Source: an uncultured Nitrososphaeraceae archaeon (GTDB taxonomy: Archaea; Thermoproteota; Nitrososphaeria; Nitrososphaerales; Nitrososphaeraceae). Taken from it: DNA of 64,000 bases. Positions 22,005 through 33,056 of the stretch are shown piece by piece. Below the pieces are notes generated by a model. It made no database searches. It saw only the letters and a list, made by a program, of their open reading frames with translations, and was not told the origin of the DNA. Where the stretch lies: assembly GCA_963765895.1 (NCBI GenBank), contig CAVXZB010000019.1, positions 96,001 to 160,000 of the forward strand, in the 5' to 3' direction. The first letter of the stretch is position 1. Every line of letters starts with the position of its first letter. The translations under genes were made by a program, and so were the position numbers.

Positions 22005-23048
22005 TTGGTGAAGTTATTTATTAACGGATACGGAAATATCGGTAGGCGTCTGGCAACCGCGGTTTTGAAGGATAGTGAGATGGAGCTGATTGGGGTTGCA
22101 AAATACACTCCAGACGACAGGATCCATGAAGCTCTAGATAATAATCTAGACGTATATGTTCCCCAGAATAAGCTTGATCTGTTCCAAAAGAAGGGATATG
22201 AAATTGCCGGGACCATTTTTGAGGCGTGTAAACAGAGTGATCTTATCCTAGATGCATCAAAGGAAGGTGGCGGCTTTGAAAATAAGCGCAAATTTTATCG
22301 GCCACTAAAAAAACCTGCGATTTTTCAGGGGGGAGAGGATAGACATGGTAAGTATAGCGTGGCAGATATGATCCATAACTCTAGAGTAAATTATGATAGG
22401 GCGTCCGCAAGAAAGTACGTAATCCAAGGTAGCTGCAACGTTTCAGGCATGGGAAGACTCATGCAACCATTAATTGAAAACTATGGAAAACGAATAAAAA
22501 GATTTGATGTAACTTTAATTAGAAGATGGGCCGACCTGGAGGATTCAAAAGAGGTCAAAGACTCTATAGAATGGGATAGAAACCCTCATCATCAAGAAGA
22601 TGTCAAGGATTTTATCCCTGCCGCGAACCTATTTGTTGATGCACTGAAAGTACCATCTAGAATGATGCACGTTCATCAAATGATAGTACGATTTAACGGC
22701 AAAGCCCCGTCTAGGGATAGTCTGATTGAAATTTTTAGAAATGAGTTTGGCGTTGCATTATTTGGTTCTGCTAAGGGCACAGCAGACGTCAGAAATATGG
22801 CTCTTCGATTGGGGTTTCCACACGGTGATACTCAAATGGTACATATTCATCAGGAGGTGCTTAAAGTTCAAGATGATGTCGCTAAAATCGTCTATTCGGA
22901 TGATCAAACCGGGATGGTAATTCCTGAAAATTATCTGCTGATTCAGTCAATGTTTTTTAAAAGGGATAGGACTGAAGCAATCAAAAGGGCAGATAAATTG
23001 TTCCAGATGACGCATAAAAAGAAAAAACTCGAAAATGAGTTCAAGTAG
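22005..23048 (+). CDS. gap: archaeal type II glyceraldehyde-3-phosphate dehydrogenase
   Basis: INGYGNIGRR, FQGGE, SCN active site, RRWAD, HH.ED, VIPEN. Confidence 0.9.
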   Translation: MVKLFINGYGNIGRRLATAVLKDSEMELIGVAKYTPDDRIHEALDNNLDVYVPQNKLDLFQKKGYEIAGTIFEACKQSDLILDASKEGGGFENKRKFYRPLKKPAIFQGGEDRHGKYSVADMIHNSRVNYDRASARKYVIQGSCNVSGMGRLMQPLIENYGKRIKRFDVTLIRRWADLEDSKEVKDSIEWDRNPHHQEDVKDFIPAANLFVDALKVPSRMMHVHQMIVRFNGKAPSRDSLIEIFRNEFGVALFGSAKGTADVRNMALRLGFPHGDTQMVHIHQEVLKVQDDVAKIVYSDDQTGMVIPENYLLIQSMFFKRDRTEAIKRADKLFQMTHKKKKLENEFK

Positions 23049-23295
23049 TTTCCTAACGATCTCATCTTTGGTATTAATAGACAAGGAATATTGGCTGCGT
23101 GGGGTCACGCATAAGAAACAAATCCGTCTAATTGAATAATATCATATTAATTTGATTATGTTTTGTAAATGTACAGCAACGGCACCAGGCCAGGGTCGAC
23201 TCGCCTATTGAAACAGCAGTAATTTCTTGATTCAACTGTGCCTGTGAATTCCGCTAGGACCATTAGGATCCTCTGACAAGACAATTAACTGATAG

Positions 23296-23496
23296 CTATT
23301 TTGAATCTTTTTTCCAGAGTTGAATCTGTCCTCCGTATACCTCATTGTTGTAGACGAAGGTTGGTATTTGAGCATAATATCCATGTCTTCCAGAGCTGAA
23401 TACTTTTGGTGGCATAGCGATTTCATGATCCTTACCGTCAGGCATTCTGATGATGGCATAAACAAATTTTGTATTAGGACTCTTTTCCTCGCTCAA
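23296..23496 (-). CDS. small hypothetical protein
   Basis: 66 aa; protein-like beta-rich sequence (PKVFSSGRHGYYAQ); TTTTATAA ~30 nt upstream on the minus strand. Confidence 0.6.
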   Translation of the reverse strand: MSEEKSPNTKFVYAIIRMPDGKDHEIAMPPKVFSSGRHGYYAQIPTFVYNNEVYGGQIQLWKKDSK

Positions 23497-24230
23497 TCCG
23501 TTTCAAAGCAATGTAGGATTAGTTCCTTATAAAATATGTTGACTCATCGAAATCATGTTTTCGCCTAAAAAATGGATAAGAATATTGTCATACAGTTATT
23601 ATCTCTGATTATTTTATTTCATTGAATGTCTCTGCTGAGGAGGAATCAAAAAGGTTACAAATGTGTCTGGTCCTAGTGCGGTAACTTCTCGCTACTTCTA
23701 AACATCTACAGTGGAACATTAGAAAACGATATATTATGGCTTTTGCTTTGGGGTCCTACCTCTTGATTTGGCCGAGGTAAGTGAATGAATACGCAAAACA
23801 ATTTGTTTCTGATGAGTTTGAACGAAGCCGGGATCTAGTGAGCACCCTGAGATGTCTTTCAATCTATTACAAAAAAACTGACTCTATTGCTCTTGCTTGA
23901 AATAAATGCTAGTTCAGGTTTGACCTTGTTAATATGCAGTTATTTGTAGCAAAATTACAATTAGGTAATTGGTATTCCTCTAATATTGAGGTACTTATCA
24001 CCTCAGTTAATGAAATCATAGTTGTTTGTATTTCACGCCATCAGTATAGGTTAAATATCATAAATATATACGTGAGTACAAATATAACTTGATTTTGTAC
24101 GCGCGAATCTTAAGCTGCATGCATATTACATTTTCATCTTCTAACTATTTAGATTCTTTTTGTCATCACACATTAGGACGCAGCGACCAAACTCCGCTGC
24201 TAATGTCTTACAACTATATCACTAAAACTG

Positions 24231-25127
24231 CTACAAAGTAATTACGTCAGCGCCGGTATCAGATGGTATCAGTGTATGTTCAGCCTGAGCTACGACTTTA
24301 CTATTTCCTTCGACTAAAATTGGGTATCCGTGAAGATTTCTCTTTTTTCTCAGAGTTTCGATAAGCTGCTTTATTTCACTAATTTCAAATTCATTGGTCA
24401 ACCATCTGGCGCTGAACGGCAGCGTTTTGTATTTGTTCCATATTTTCTGAAGGAAATCATTGATACCTTTTTCTTTCTGAGGTTTTCGGGAAATCACGCT
24501 AAATATATTACACGTTTTTCCTTCATATACAACACCTTGGCCGTCCTTGGTAGTCAAGAATGGCTCTATGGCATAGGCGTGATTCGCAATTAAGACTATA
24601 GAAGAGCCAATGGTCTTTATATTAGGGATAGATTTACCCGCATGAATTGTAAACTGTTCAAGCGAGTGCCCACTGAGATTTTGAATGGGCTTGAAACCAT
24701 GTTGAGAAATACTAGTTTCTATTACTCTTCCAATGTCAGCAGCTCTGGTACTGGCTCTAGTTATTCTTATTGCCTCGTTCAGGGCCGTCTCAGCAGATCG
24801 TACAAGAGAATCATACTTCGAATTGTAACAAACTGTGACAGCAGTATCCGCCACAAAGCCCTCGACATGAACTCCAATGTCAATCTTTAACACATCACCA
24901 TCTTTAACGACAATCATATCGTCGGGCTCAGCAGTATAGTGAGCAGCTATATCATTTAGACTAACGTTTACTGGGAACGCTGGATTACCTCCTAATACTT
25001 TGATTTTATGTTCAACGGACTCACATATCTCATATAATGATCTACCAACGTGATGTTTTTTTTTCGAATTCTCCCGAACTTCAGATGCTATTTTGCCGGC
25101 TTTGTGGTAGCAGTCAAGATAATTCAT
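24231..25127 (-). CDS. map: type II methionine aminopeptidase
   Basis: AFP.N.S.N..AAHY, KIDIGVHV.G..AD.A, GHS, IHAG, AIEPF, EHT. Confidence 0.95.
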   Translation of the reverse strand: MNYLDCYHKAGKIASEVRENSKKKHHVGRSLYEICESVEHKIKVLGGNPAFPVNVSLNDIAAHYTAEPDDMIVVKDGDVLKIDIGVHVEGFVADTAVTVCYNSKYDSLVRSAETALNEAIRITRASTRAADIGRVIETSISQHGFKPIQNLSGHSLEQFTIHAGKSIPNIKTIGSSIVLIANHAYAIEPFLTTKDGQGVVYEGKTCNIFSVISRKPQKEKGINDFLQKIWNKYKTLPFSARWLTNEFEISEIKQLIETLRKKRNLHGYPILVEGNSKVVAQAEHTLIPSDTGADVITL

Positions 25128-25734
25128 AGATGAGGATTCAAAATATTTACGGCATATTTAGAGATATAGCCCTAGAATCGGTCGTATATTTTTTGAGCAA
25201 GGAGTTTATATAAGGTCTATTAGCCCGTCCAATCCAACAACCAGACAAAACGAATTTACTATCCACCTCAGTGCCTTTCCTCAATCTATCTTCAATAAAC
25301 TTATTTAGTGGAATACCCCCACGCCACCATAGATTGTATTTAATAGTACAAGTTAGACTTGCAACACCGATTTCGGGACTCTAGGCCTCGATAGACTTTA
25401 TTTGTCTATCTATCTATAGTGAAAAGCTGATGCAAATTAGATTAGGGGAAGTATTATTCTCAACTGATTGATAGATAAGACCAATACATAATACCCAAAT
25501 ACCCGGGCAAATATTCAAGTATTCTTCTTCTGCTGGTGCTGTTTATTGCAACAACCTGGATTTACCTTATCCTGTCTTATCGCTTTGGCGGTTAGGGTAT
25601 TCTGTTGATATAGAGTTTCCTATGGTGTAGAACTAGGAATACCGGGATTTTGTAATTTGAACAAATAACAGTTTTAATAATGATTTGATACCATTAAATA
25701 AAAAAATAAGGGCTCGCTATTCACAGGATAGCTA

Positions 25735-25983
25735 TTAACAGGATGGTGCACTATTTAGAGCGTTTACGCAGATTTGTCCGACTTGAGCTTGTACGCCTAC
25801 GGCAGCATTTACACCTGCGAGACCATTAGCGTTTGCCCCTTGAGCTGCGCCTTGAGATTGTGGTGCTCCTACAATTCTATTAACTGCAAATGCAGACTTG
25901 GTGAAGGAGGGCAATGCGAGTGTTACAATGAACAGAGACGTAGCTGCTATGACGCTTATTGTTGCTAATGTGTATGATTTCAT
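25735..25983 (-). CDS. small secreted Ala/Gly/Val/Asn/Gln-rich protein with C-terminal Cys pair
   Basis: Signal peptide ending SAFA; mature region QSQGAAQGANANGLAGVNAAVGVQAQVGQICVNALNSAPSC. Confidence 0.7.
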   Translation of the reverse strand: MKSYTLATISVIAATSLFIVTLALPSFTKSAFAVNRIVGAPQSQGAAQGANANGLAGVNAAVGVQAQVGQICVNALNSAPSC

Positions 25984-26464
25984 TTCAGCTAAACAAAATC
26001 TCTATAGTCAATAAATATTGTAGATATTTTAAGGATAATCTTACTTCATTTTGTATTATATTCTTATAATGATCATTTTTAACTAATTTTCTTTGTTAGA
26101 GGCATACAAAATCTACGATAACTATGAGGTAAAAAAGCCGCTCATTTGCATGGTCATTGATGATTTTCCTGCATTTGCCAATTAACGTTAAATGTCATTT
26201 GGTTGTATTGAACTGAGCAGTATTGTATAGACGCAGGACACTATTTCTTAAAAAGGCAGCGAATGCTAATGTGAGAATAGAACCAGAATTAAAAGAGAAA
26301 ATCAAGGCAGTGCGTCCAGGGCCAGCAATCCTAACAAAAATTACCCATGGCCCAACAAACAATTATGGTAATAACGGACGCCGTCCTTGGACAATTTAGG
26401 TTAAGGGTATGGTTAAACGCCTCTCAGGTTTCAGAGTCATTACAATTACAATATTCAGCCATCC

Positions 26465-26701
26465 TTATTGATTATTACTAGTGCTTTTGCTATTGTTATC
26501 GTTATTGCTATTACTATTGTCGATTATGTCTGTGATATTGTTTTCATTGTCGCTGTTGTCGAGGGATTCGCTGTCTGAACTTGTTACTGCCGTTATTTTT
26601 CCAGATTTTATTAGCTTATTTGTATAGGTATTTTTTGCTATGACTGCTATAAAATAGGGTACAGTTAATAATATCAATGTTGCGGTGGGAGGAGTCATCA
26701 T
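26465..26701 (-). CDS. possible small protein, N-terminal hydrophobic segment plus Asn/Ser/Asp low-complexity tail
   Basis: 78 aa ORF over an AAT/GAC-type triplet-rich tract. Confidence 0.35.
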   Translation of the reverse strand: MMTPPTATLILLTVPYFIAVIAKNTYTNKLIKSGKITAVTSSDSESLDNSDNENNITDIIDNSNSNNDNNSKSTSNNQ

Positions 26702-26810
26702 CGTATTTAGTTACCAGATTTATTATTATCCTACTATCATTTAGAGATATGTGGCTAATAAGCTTAAAATTATCGACAGGTAACAGATTCAAAAAGCACA
26801 AGACAAGAGA

Positions 26811-26884
26811 GGGGTCGTTGTCTAGCATGGTATGATGCCAGCCTTGGGCGCTGGAGGCCGCTGGTTCGAATCCGGCCGACCCCG
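26811..26884 (+). tRNA. tRNA-Pro(TGG), intronless
   Basis: GGGGTCG/CGACCCC acceptor, CCAGC CT TGG GC GCTGG anticodon arm, GCTGG TTCGAAT CCGGC T-arm. Confidence 0.96.
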
Positions 26885-27141
26885 TATAATATATTAAAAA
26901 GGCGTGTCGAAATAGAACGCCTGCGTATTTGACGTACTCCCAAGTGTACGCAATGCATTTCACAGATAAATTGTCTGCCCGCAATTCAAACTGCGCAGGT
27001 GATTGATTTATCCAGAACAGGTGTAGTCCACAATCGTTCACCGACTCCAGTGAATTTGTTGATCTTGGAGATTATTGCTAACAACACCTAAGCTTTCCAA
27101 AAATATCTAAAATGAGCCCTGATTGTCATAACTGCTGAAAC

Positions 27142-27369
27142 TTATTTGTCAGAATTATAATTCCTCTTAGAAACGGCAACCTTCATAACGCTATGACATA
27201 TAGGACATTCGGCCCATTTTCGCCCGCCGAAATACTTCCACTCGAATGCGCACCTTTTATAAGTACATTTGATCCAGGTGCCCTTTACTCCTGCTTTAGG
27301 CCAATTATCTTGCAGAGGCTTGCGAGTCCTCCTTGCGGACCTCGGCGGCCGCTTATAGGTCAGTTTCAA
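27142..27369 (-). CDS. small basic Zn-ribbon protein
   Basis: CTYKRC...CPIC pairs; Lys/Arg-rich N-terminus. Confidence 0.65.
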   Translation of the reverse strand: MKLTYKRPPRSARRTRKPLQDNWPKAGVKGTWIKCTYKRCAFEWKYFGGRKWAECPICHSVMKVAVSKRNYNSDK

Positions 27370-27537
27370 CGTGAATTCTGTAAATACCCAAGATAAAGAC
27401 GTTTTGATCTTTGTTTAATTATCAGCATTTGGTCATGCGCTGTCCAAGATGATTATTTAAAAACCTAAGTATTTACCTGACAGAGTCTTTTTTTCAAAGT
27501 ATTCACTAATTTTAACTATCAAGCTTTTCTATACTAG

Positions 27538-27855
27538 ATGACATGTCATGTTAAATTGACTAAACGTCAGTTCCTTATAGATATTGGGTATGAAAAAATC
27601 CCAGTAGAAGGTCAAATTCACAAGAATGTAGCTCTGAAATACTTAATGAAGAGAAGGAGAAGTTTATTAATGACTCGGAATCCGCAGAAGGTAGAATCTT
27701 TGTACGCACAACTTCCACAGGAAATTACGATAATCGGAAAGTCTGTTACAAAGACATACTATTTGAATTGGCAGAGACAAGGCTCTGAACAGTTTCAAGG
27801 CTCGAGGTTCACCTTTGAGATGGCTAGTGAACGCATCATGAAGGTCAACAATTAA
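27538..27855 (+). CDS. conserved hypothetical protein
   Basis: 105 aa basic ORF with upstream TTTTAA TATA-like element. Confidence 0.7.
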   Translation: MTCHVKLTKRQFLIDIGYEKIPVEGQIHKNVALKYLMKRRRSLLMTRNPQKVESLYAQLPQEITIIGKSVTKTYYLNWQRQGSEQFQGSRFTFEMASERIMKVNN

Positions 27856-28341
27856 TCTGATATTACTTTACGCATCGGTTCTCTATGAAAGACCCGTTTC
27901 CAACATTGAATAAAAACTAAATATTCCAACTGTTACAGTGTAATGTGTATGATGCATTATAAATATGATCAGATTCAATTTAGGTAACAGGGGGCATTAT
28001 CAAACTCTATCGTATCTTCGTTAGTTCTTGTAATTAGAAATTATCTGGAACATGGATATTGTTGACCTATCACAAGAATGTTGTTAATGTAACGGGACTT
28101 CGATTTTAGGAAACAAATGGATATAGGCATAATTATCGACTTTCAGACGAGAATCAGTTTAGTGTAAATGCTTACCCTGGAACCATCAACCTCAACACAC
28201 AATATCTACTGTCGCGCATAATAAGTAACTCTGAACTGGGTTAGAGAATTAGTCAAAATATATAGGCGAGTAAGTATGACAGTTAATATATGATGAGGAC
28301 TTATAGGGGGTTTTTTTACTATATCTATTGATTTTGAAAAA

Positions 28342-29769
28342 ATGCTTCAGTATTTGACGCAACAAAGAAGCGATTTAACAATCGACAAATTAAGATCTTT
28401 AATCGAAGCAAAGAAGCAAAAGATTGGCGCAGGCTATCTGACCGAACAGGGTGCGCTGTTTCTCGTCGCTGCAGACCTTGGCATCTCACTGGATCAGCAA
28501 AGATCGCCTTTACGTATTAGCGATCTTTATGTAGGAGCCAAAGATGTGACGCTATACGGCAGAATCCTTACTATTTATTCTCCAAGACAATTTGCAAGAA
28601 AGGATAATACCGAAACGACCAAGAACCGCACGATGGTGATTTATGATGATGATCAATCAACTATCAAAATAAAACTTTGGGATAATAAGGTTCAAGTGCC
28701 AGAAGAAATGGGACTCCGACCAGGGGATATGATTAAGTTAAGCAAAGGATACGTCAAATCGGGCTTGGACGGGAAACCATTTATCAATGTTGGCATGGAT
28801 TGTCAGCTAGAAAAAACTAAGGAGGCACCTAGCGAAATTCCTGATCTGAGCGCCATGACTAGAACGATAGAAAATGTAGGTTCCCCTGCAGATAATATCA
28901 TAATTGAGGGCTATGTACGATCCAATCCTCGTATGTCTGATTACCGAGATTCCCGTGGAAATATGAGTAAATCACTCCAGCTTCAGCTATTTAATGAAGA
29001 TGGTACAAAATCCCTGCGTACGATTATTTGGAACGTGTCTGAGACAAGACTACCAAAAGTATTCAAAATTGGGTCCAAAATTAGACTAATTGGGGTAAGA
29101 ATTAAATCTGGAAATCCGCAGTACGGTAACGGCGATTTTGAAATTCACGGAGATGAAGGAACTGTTTTGTCAGCTCCTGAAGAACAAACCGATATTGAGA
29201 CTATGACATTGAGATTAGTATCGATAGGATCTAATACCGCAGGCGATAGATTAATCTCGCTAGGTCTTTTGGGCGATGGTAAGTTAGTTTCAGTTATTAT
29301 CGATAAAACCCTCTTACCAAATAATATGACTTCTGGTTCAATAATTGAATGTGTCCCAAGTAGAATCTTTGGCACTGAAATAACATTAACCCTGAATGAT
29401 TCCTATATACGAATATTGGATGAGGGTACTCAATTCCCAAGTGTGTCGGACTACCAGACTAAGATTAGCGAGGTTGTGGCATCAAATGTTCCATATATAA
29501 TAGAGGCAATAGTTTTGCAGCAGCCGAATACGACACAGGTTAACACCAGAAGTAACGAAATGATAGAAATGACGGATACATTGATCGGAGATGACTCGGG
29601 AGAAATAAGACTAATAGGGTGGAGAGATTTAGGCCATAGCATAAATTCTCTTGCATTGGGTGACCGGATTAGGATAATTGGCGCAGTTGCAAACAATGGC
29701 TTACAAGGAACTCCAGAAATTACGTTAAAACCATACTCGTCTATAACAAAAATAAATTCAAAAATCTAA
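28342..29769 (+). CDS. rpa: replication protein A (multi-OB-fold ssDNA-binding protein)
   Basis: GAGYLTEQGALFLVA.DLG N-terminal domain; repeated D.TG/S.I...LW OB-fold motifs. Confidence 0.88.
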   Translation: MLQYLTQQRSDLTIDKLRSLIEAKKQKIGAGYLTEQGALFLVAADLGISLDQQRSPLRISDLYVGAKDVTLYGRILTIYSPRQFARKDNTETTKNRTMVIYDDDQSTIKIKLWDNKVQVPEEMGLRPGDMIKLSKGYVKSGLDGKPFINVGMDCQLEKTKEAPSEIPDLSAMTRTIENVGSPADNIIIEGYVRSNPRMSDYRDSRGNMSKSLQLQLFNEDGTKSLRTIIWNVSETRLPKVFKIGSKIRLIGVRIKSGNPQYGNGDFEIHGDEGTVLSAPEEQTDIETMTLRLVSIGSNTAGDRLISLGLLGDGKLVSVIIDKTLLPNNMTSGSIIECVPSRIFGTEITLTLNDSYIRILDEGTQFPSVSDYQTKISEVVASNVPYIIEAIVLQQPNTTQVNTRSNEMIEMTDTLIGDDSGEIRLIGWRDLGHSINSLALGDRIRIIGAVANNGLQGTPEITLKPYSSITKINSKI

Positions 29770-29787
29770 CCCGTGCCTATAGGATTC

Positions 29788-32619
29788 TCAATCTGCCCAG
29801 AATCCTCGTGTCATTACGTATGATCTTTCAGCTTGGTAAATACTTTTGAATAACTCGATATCATCTACATAATCCCGCAAGATTCGAGCTGCGGTGTCTG
29901 GCCCTATCCCGTGACCAGCTAGTACTTTAAATGCTATTGAACCAAAACTGTTAATTAGGGATGCTGTCTTCCATACTTTGTCAAATCGTTTATTTTCTTC
30001 GGAAGTCAATCTTTGTCCTCGTAGTCTCATTACTATCGTTTTGGATAGAGTGTCATCAGACCAGAAGGTAGCCCCGATAAGCCTTGATCTGCAGCGCGGG
30101 CAGGTAATTGAATCGGGTATCTGACGAGTCTCCATTATCCTTTCCCAGTTACCGCATCGCATACATATCAATCTGTGCCTTGTCTTTTCTAATCTCTCCT
30201 TCATTAATTCTATAACACCACTCTCAGTAGATAGTGGGGTAGAGGAAAACCTAGCAGTATGCTCAGTGATGGGTTTTGCGAGCTCAGAGAATTCATCAAC
30301 TTCACGCCAATAAAGCGTGATCTCCCCCTTTCGAATTTTCAAATTGATGTCTTTAGTCGATCGAAAATCGAATTTGTCATGTGTTATTTCTCTGATTGCC
30401 TCTTTAGTAAGTACAGTGTGAAAATATCTATCGTAAATCATCCTTGCTATCTTCTTATCATAAATCGCTTCACGGCTGACTACACCAAATCTCTTGGCAA
30501 CAGACCATACCCTCCAATTTATGTTAGGAGTTCCTGCCAAAGATGCAATTATAACATCCTCCACGTCATAGACGTCGGTAAAAACTTGTCGAATATCGTG
30601 TTCATTTATTCGTGCGTTGGATGTAAGGAAAATTCGATATGCGTCGCTTTTCGTTTCCACAGAATAACCTAATTTCGAGGAGAGTAGAGTCGAAAGCAGA
30701 GCAGCAATGGTATTGTTCGTTTTGGTTCCGAACATTGAATGAATCACAAGAGCATTCATCTTAGATGACCTTTCAATTACTATACGATCTGAGCTAGGTA
30801 CGATTTTCAATTCGTTATGAGCATTGTAAATAGTATCGCCTTTCAAGATCCTGCTGTTGAGTGCCTCTTCTCTAACTTTTCCGACATATTGTGCAGTAAG
30901 GGGATCAATCGGAATTATTTCCCCCACCCAATATGGAACGTTTAAAGTACCTACTTGCAAAGGTTCAACATTTATGACCATGCGTTTTTGATCTAAAGCA
31001 ACTATCCTCCATTGTGATCCTTTTAGCACAAATACATTTCCTTGCTCACCGTAATCACCCACAAACTGCTGGTCTAGTGTACCGATTTTCCGCTTGTTGA
31101 TACAGTCAAATACGTCAAATTTTAAAACCGTAGGGATGGTAGAAACGTTTTCAAAGTAATACCTGTATGCCCTTCTCATCCGCGTGTAAGATTGATCATT
31201 ATTACTACACCTAATGATCTTGTTGGAATCAAGTAATTCTAAGCAACCGTAGAAATCTTCTATAGTGAGTTCGATAAATGGGTAGGCCTTCCTAATAGTG
31301 CTAAATGCATATTCGACTTTTACTTTATCTTTGCTCTGGAGGCAAAGTCCAACTATATGATGCGCCAAAACATCTAAAGCTCCGTAATGTAGCGGCTGTT
31401 CTTCAACGTTACCACTTTTCATAACACGAATGATAGCCAAGGCCTCAGCCTCATCGTCGGGAATATTTGTTATAATTAATCCCTTTGCAGAAAGATCCTG
31501 CCTATGTCTACTTCTCCCAATTCTTTGCAATAGTTTCGTTACTTGTCTGGGAGAACCGTAATGTATTACGAGGTTTACAGACCCTAGATCTAGGCCAAGC
31601 TCTAATGATGATGTGCAGACAACAATGCCTGCAGTTCCAGTTCTCAATTTCACCTCCGTTTCTTCTCGCATTTCCCTAGATAAAGATCCATGATGCATGT
31701 CAACGTGAATTAATTCTTTGCTTCTCAAAACGGTACCAATGTATTCTGCCTCATCCCTAGTATTTGTAAATAGTAGAACTGATCCGCCGTCAGGATATGA
31801 ACTAACGTTTTCTCTGACATAATTTAGAATGAATGAGGCAACGTTATTTATCGAACCTTTTAGGAACTTGACATCGATATCATATGATCTTATGGACTTA
31901 TCAACTATGATTGCACTTTTTCTCTCATATCCTGCAATAAATTTTGCGCCTTCACGTATATTACCTATACTTGCTGACATTCCTACTCTCGTAATTGTAT
32001 AACAAGACATGATTTGCAATCTTTCCAAACTAATAGACAGGTGAGAGCCTCGCTCGGTTGAGAGGAGCTCATGCACTTCGTCAATAATGACCCACTGGAG
32101 ATTACCAAGATGATTGAGTAATTTTTCATTGACAAGAATTATAGCAAGTGATTCAGGCGTGGTTATCAGTATGTCAGGAGGAGAGGTTATAATTTTCCTC
32201 TTGTCCCGTGCAGATGTGTCTCCATGTCTGATTTGGACAGTAAGGTTTTCGGATTCGGCATATTTTATGATTCTTCGAAATACGTCATTGTTTAATGCCC
32301 TAAGGGGCGTGATATAAATAGCCTTTATGCCGTTGGATTCTGATTTTGGGTTGTGCACTGAGAGGCGTTCTTTGCTCAACGACGATAGTATGGGGATCAC
32401 TGCAGCTTCCGTTTTCCCTGAGCCAGTAGGCGCAACAATTAGTGTATTAATTTTTCTAGCAATAGTCGGTATAGACTTCTTCTGAATTGCTGTTAGAGCC
32501 TTGAAGCCTTCTCTCTGAAATTTTTCGTAAATGAAAGTCTCGTTGTCGAAGTTTTCAGTTACTGGAAGAGATTCCCTTATCTTCATGATATTGTTTTGCG
32601 TTAGAGGATGATTTTTCAT
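29788..32619 (-). CDS. lhr: Lhr-type DEAD/DEAH helicase with C-terminal Zn finger
   Basis: APTGSGKTEAA, TPLRALN.D, RHGD, DEVHE, TSSLELG.D.G, QRIGRS.H; CxxC..CxxC and GIGP.TA.RIL at C-terminus. Confidence 0.93.
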   Translation of the reverse strand: MKNHPLTQNNIMKIRESLPVTENFDNETFIYEKFQREGFKALTAIQKKSIPTIARKINTLIVAPTGSGKTEAAVIPILSSLSKERLSVHNPKSESNGIKAIYITPLRALNNDVFRRIIKYAESENLTVQIRHGDTSARDKRKIITSPPDILITTPESLAIILVNEKLLNHLGNLQWVIIDEVHELLSTERGSHLSISLERLQIMSCYTITRVGMSASIGNIREGAKFIAGYERKSAIIVDKSIRSYDIDVKFLKGSINNVASFILNYVRENVSSYPDGGSVLLFTNTRDEAEYIGTVLRSKELIHVDMHHGSLSREMREETEVKLRTGTAGIVVCTSSLELGLDLGSVNLVIHYGSPRQVTKLLQRIGRSRHRQDLSAKGLIITNIPDDEAEALAIIRVMKSGNVEEQPLHYGALDVLAHHIVGLCLQSKDKVKVEYAFSTIRKAYPFIELTIEDFYGCLELLDSNKIIRCSNNDQSYTRMRRAYRYYFENVSTIPTVLKFDVFDCINKRKIGTLDQQFVGDYGEQGNVFVLKGSQWRIVALDQKRMVINVEPLQVGTLNVPYWVGEIIPIDPLTAQYVGKVREEALNSRILKGDTIYNAHNELKIVPSSDRIVIERSSKMNALVIHSMFGTKTNNTIAALLSTLLSSKLGYSVETKSDAYRIFLTSNARINEHDIRQVFTDVYDVEDVIIASLAGTPNINWRVWSVAKRFGVVSREAIYDKKIARMIYDRYFHTVLTKEAIREITHDKFDFRSTKDINLKIRKGEITLYWREVDEFSELAKPITEHTARFSSTPLSTESGVIELMKERLEKTRHRLICMRCGNWERIMETRQIPDSITCPRCRSRLIGATFWSDDTLSKTIVMRLRGQRLTSEENKRFDKVWKTASLINSFGSIAFKVLAGHGIGPDTAARILRDYVDDIELFKSIYQAERSYVMTRGFWAD

Positions 32620-33056
32620 AAATTATTACTCCTAGCAAACCTAAGATGAAGAGCCCCAGTGCTCCCCAAACATATGAATCAAAATTTGCGATAGCTTCAA
32701 AGACCATCAACCAGTCATCGTTTATTCGTGAATATATTCGTTGGTAAAGGATTCGAGTTAATGCTGGGATATAGGTCCAATGTCTAGCGCAATATTTGAG
32801 AAATTAATCAGGAAGACTGCCACGAACATTCAATATTTGTATCTTCATACTCGGTCAGGCCATAAATTTTGATGCGACAAGGGTGACCACCACCACAGTG
32901 TTTGGTTGCAAGTATATGGGTGACTTATTGATTACTCCTAGATTATGACGGCCTTTCCGACTGTAGTTGTTAAGCGGTTATGTCTACAACATATTTTTTG
33001 CTGAGCAATATGATTATATGTCTTGCCTCCCCTGCAACCATTGTAGAATAAAAAAT

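Noticed and set aside
23790-23850. CTGATGA-GTTTGAAC-GAAG resembling a hammerhead core or C/D box
   Set aside because: Core has GAAG rather than GAAA, stem III is only 2 bp, and spacing to the next CTGA is too short for a two-guide C/D RNA
26616-27041. 141-aa and 62-aa minus-strand ORFs
   Set aside because: Antisense to tRNA-Pro; the GFEPA peptide is the typical tRNA shadow translation
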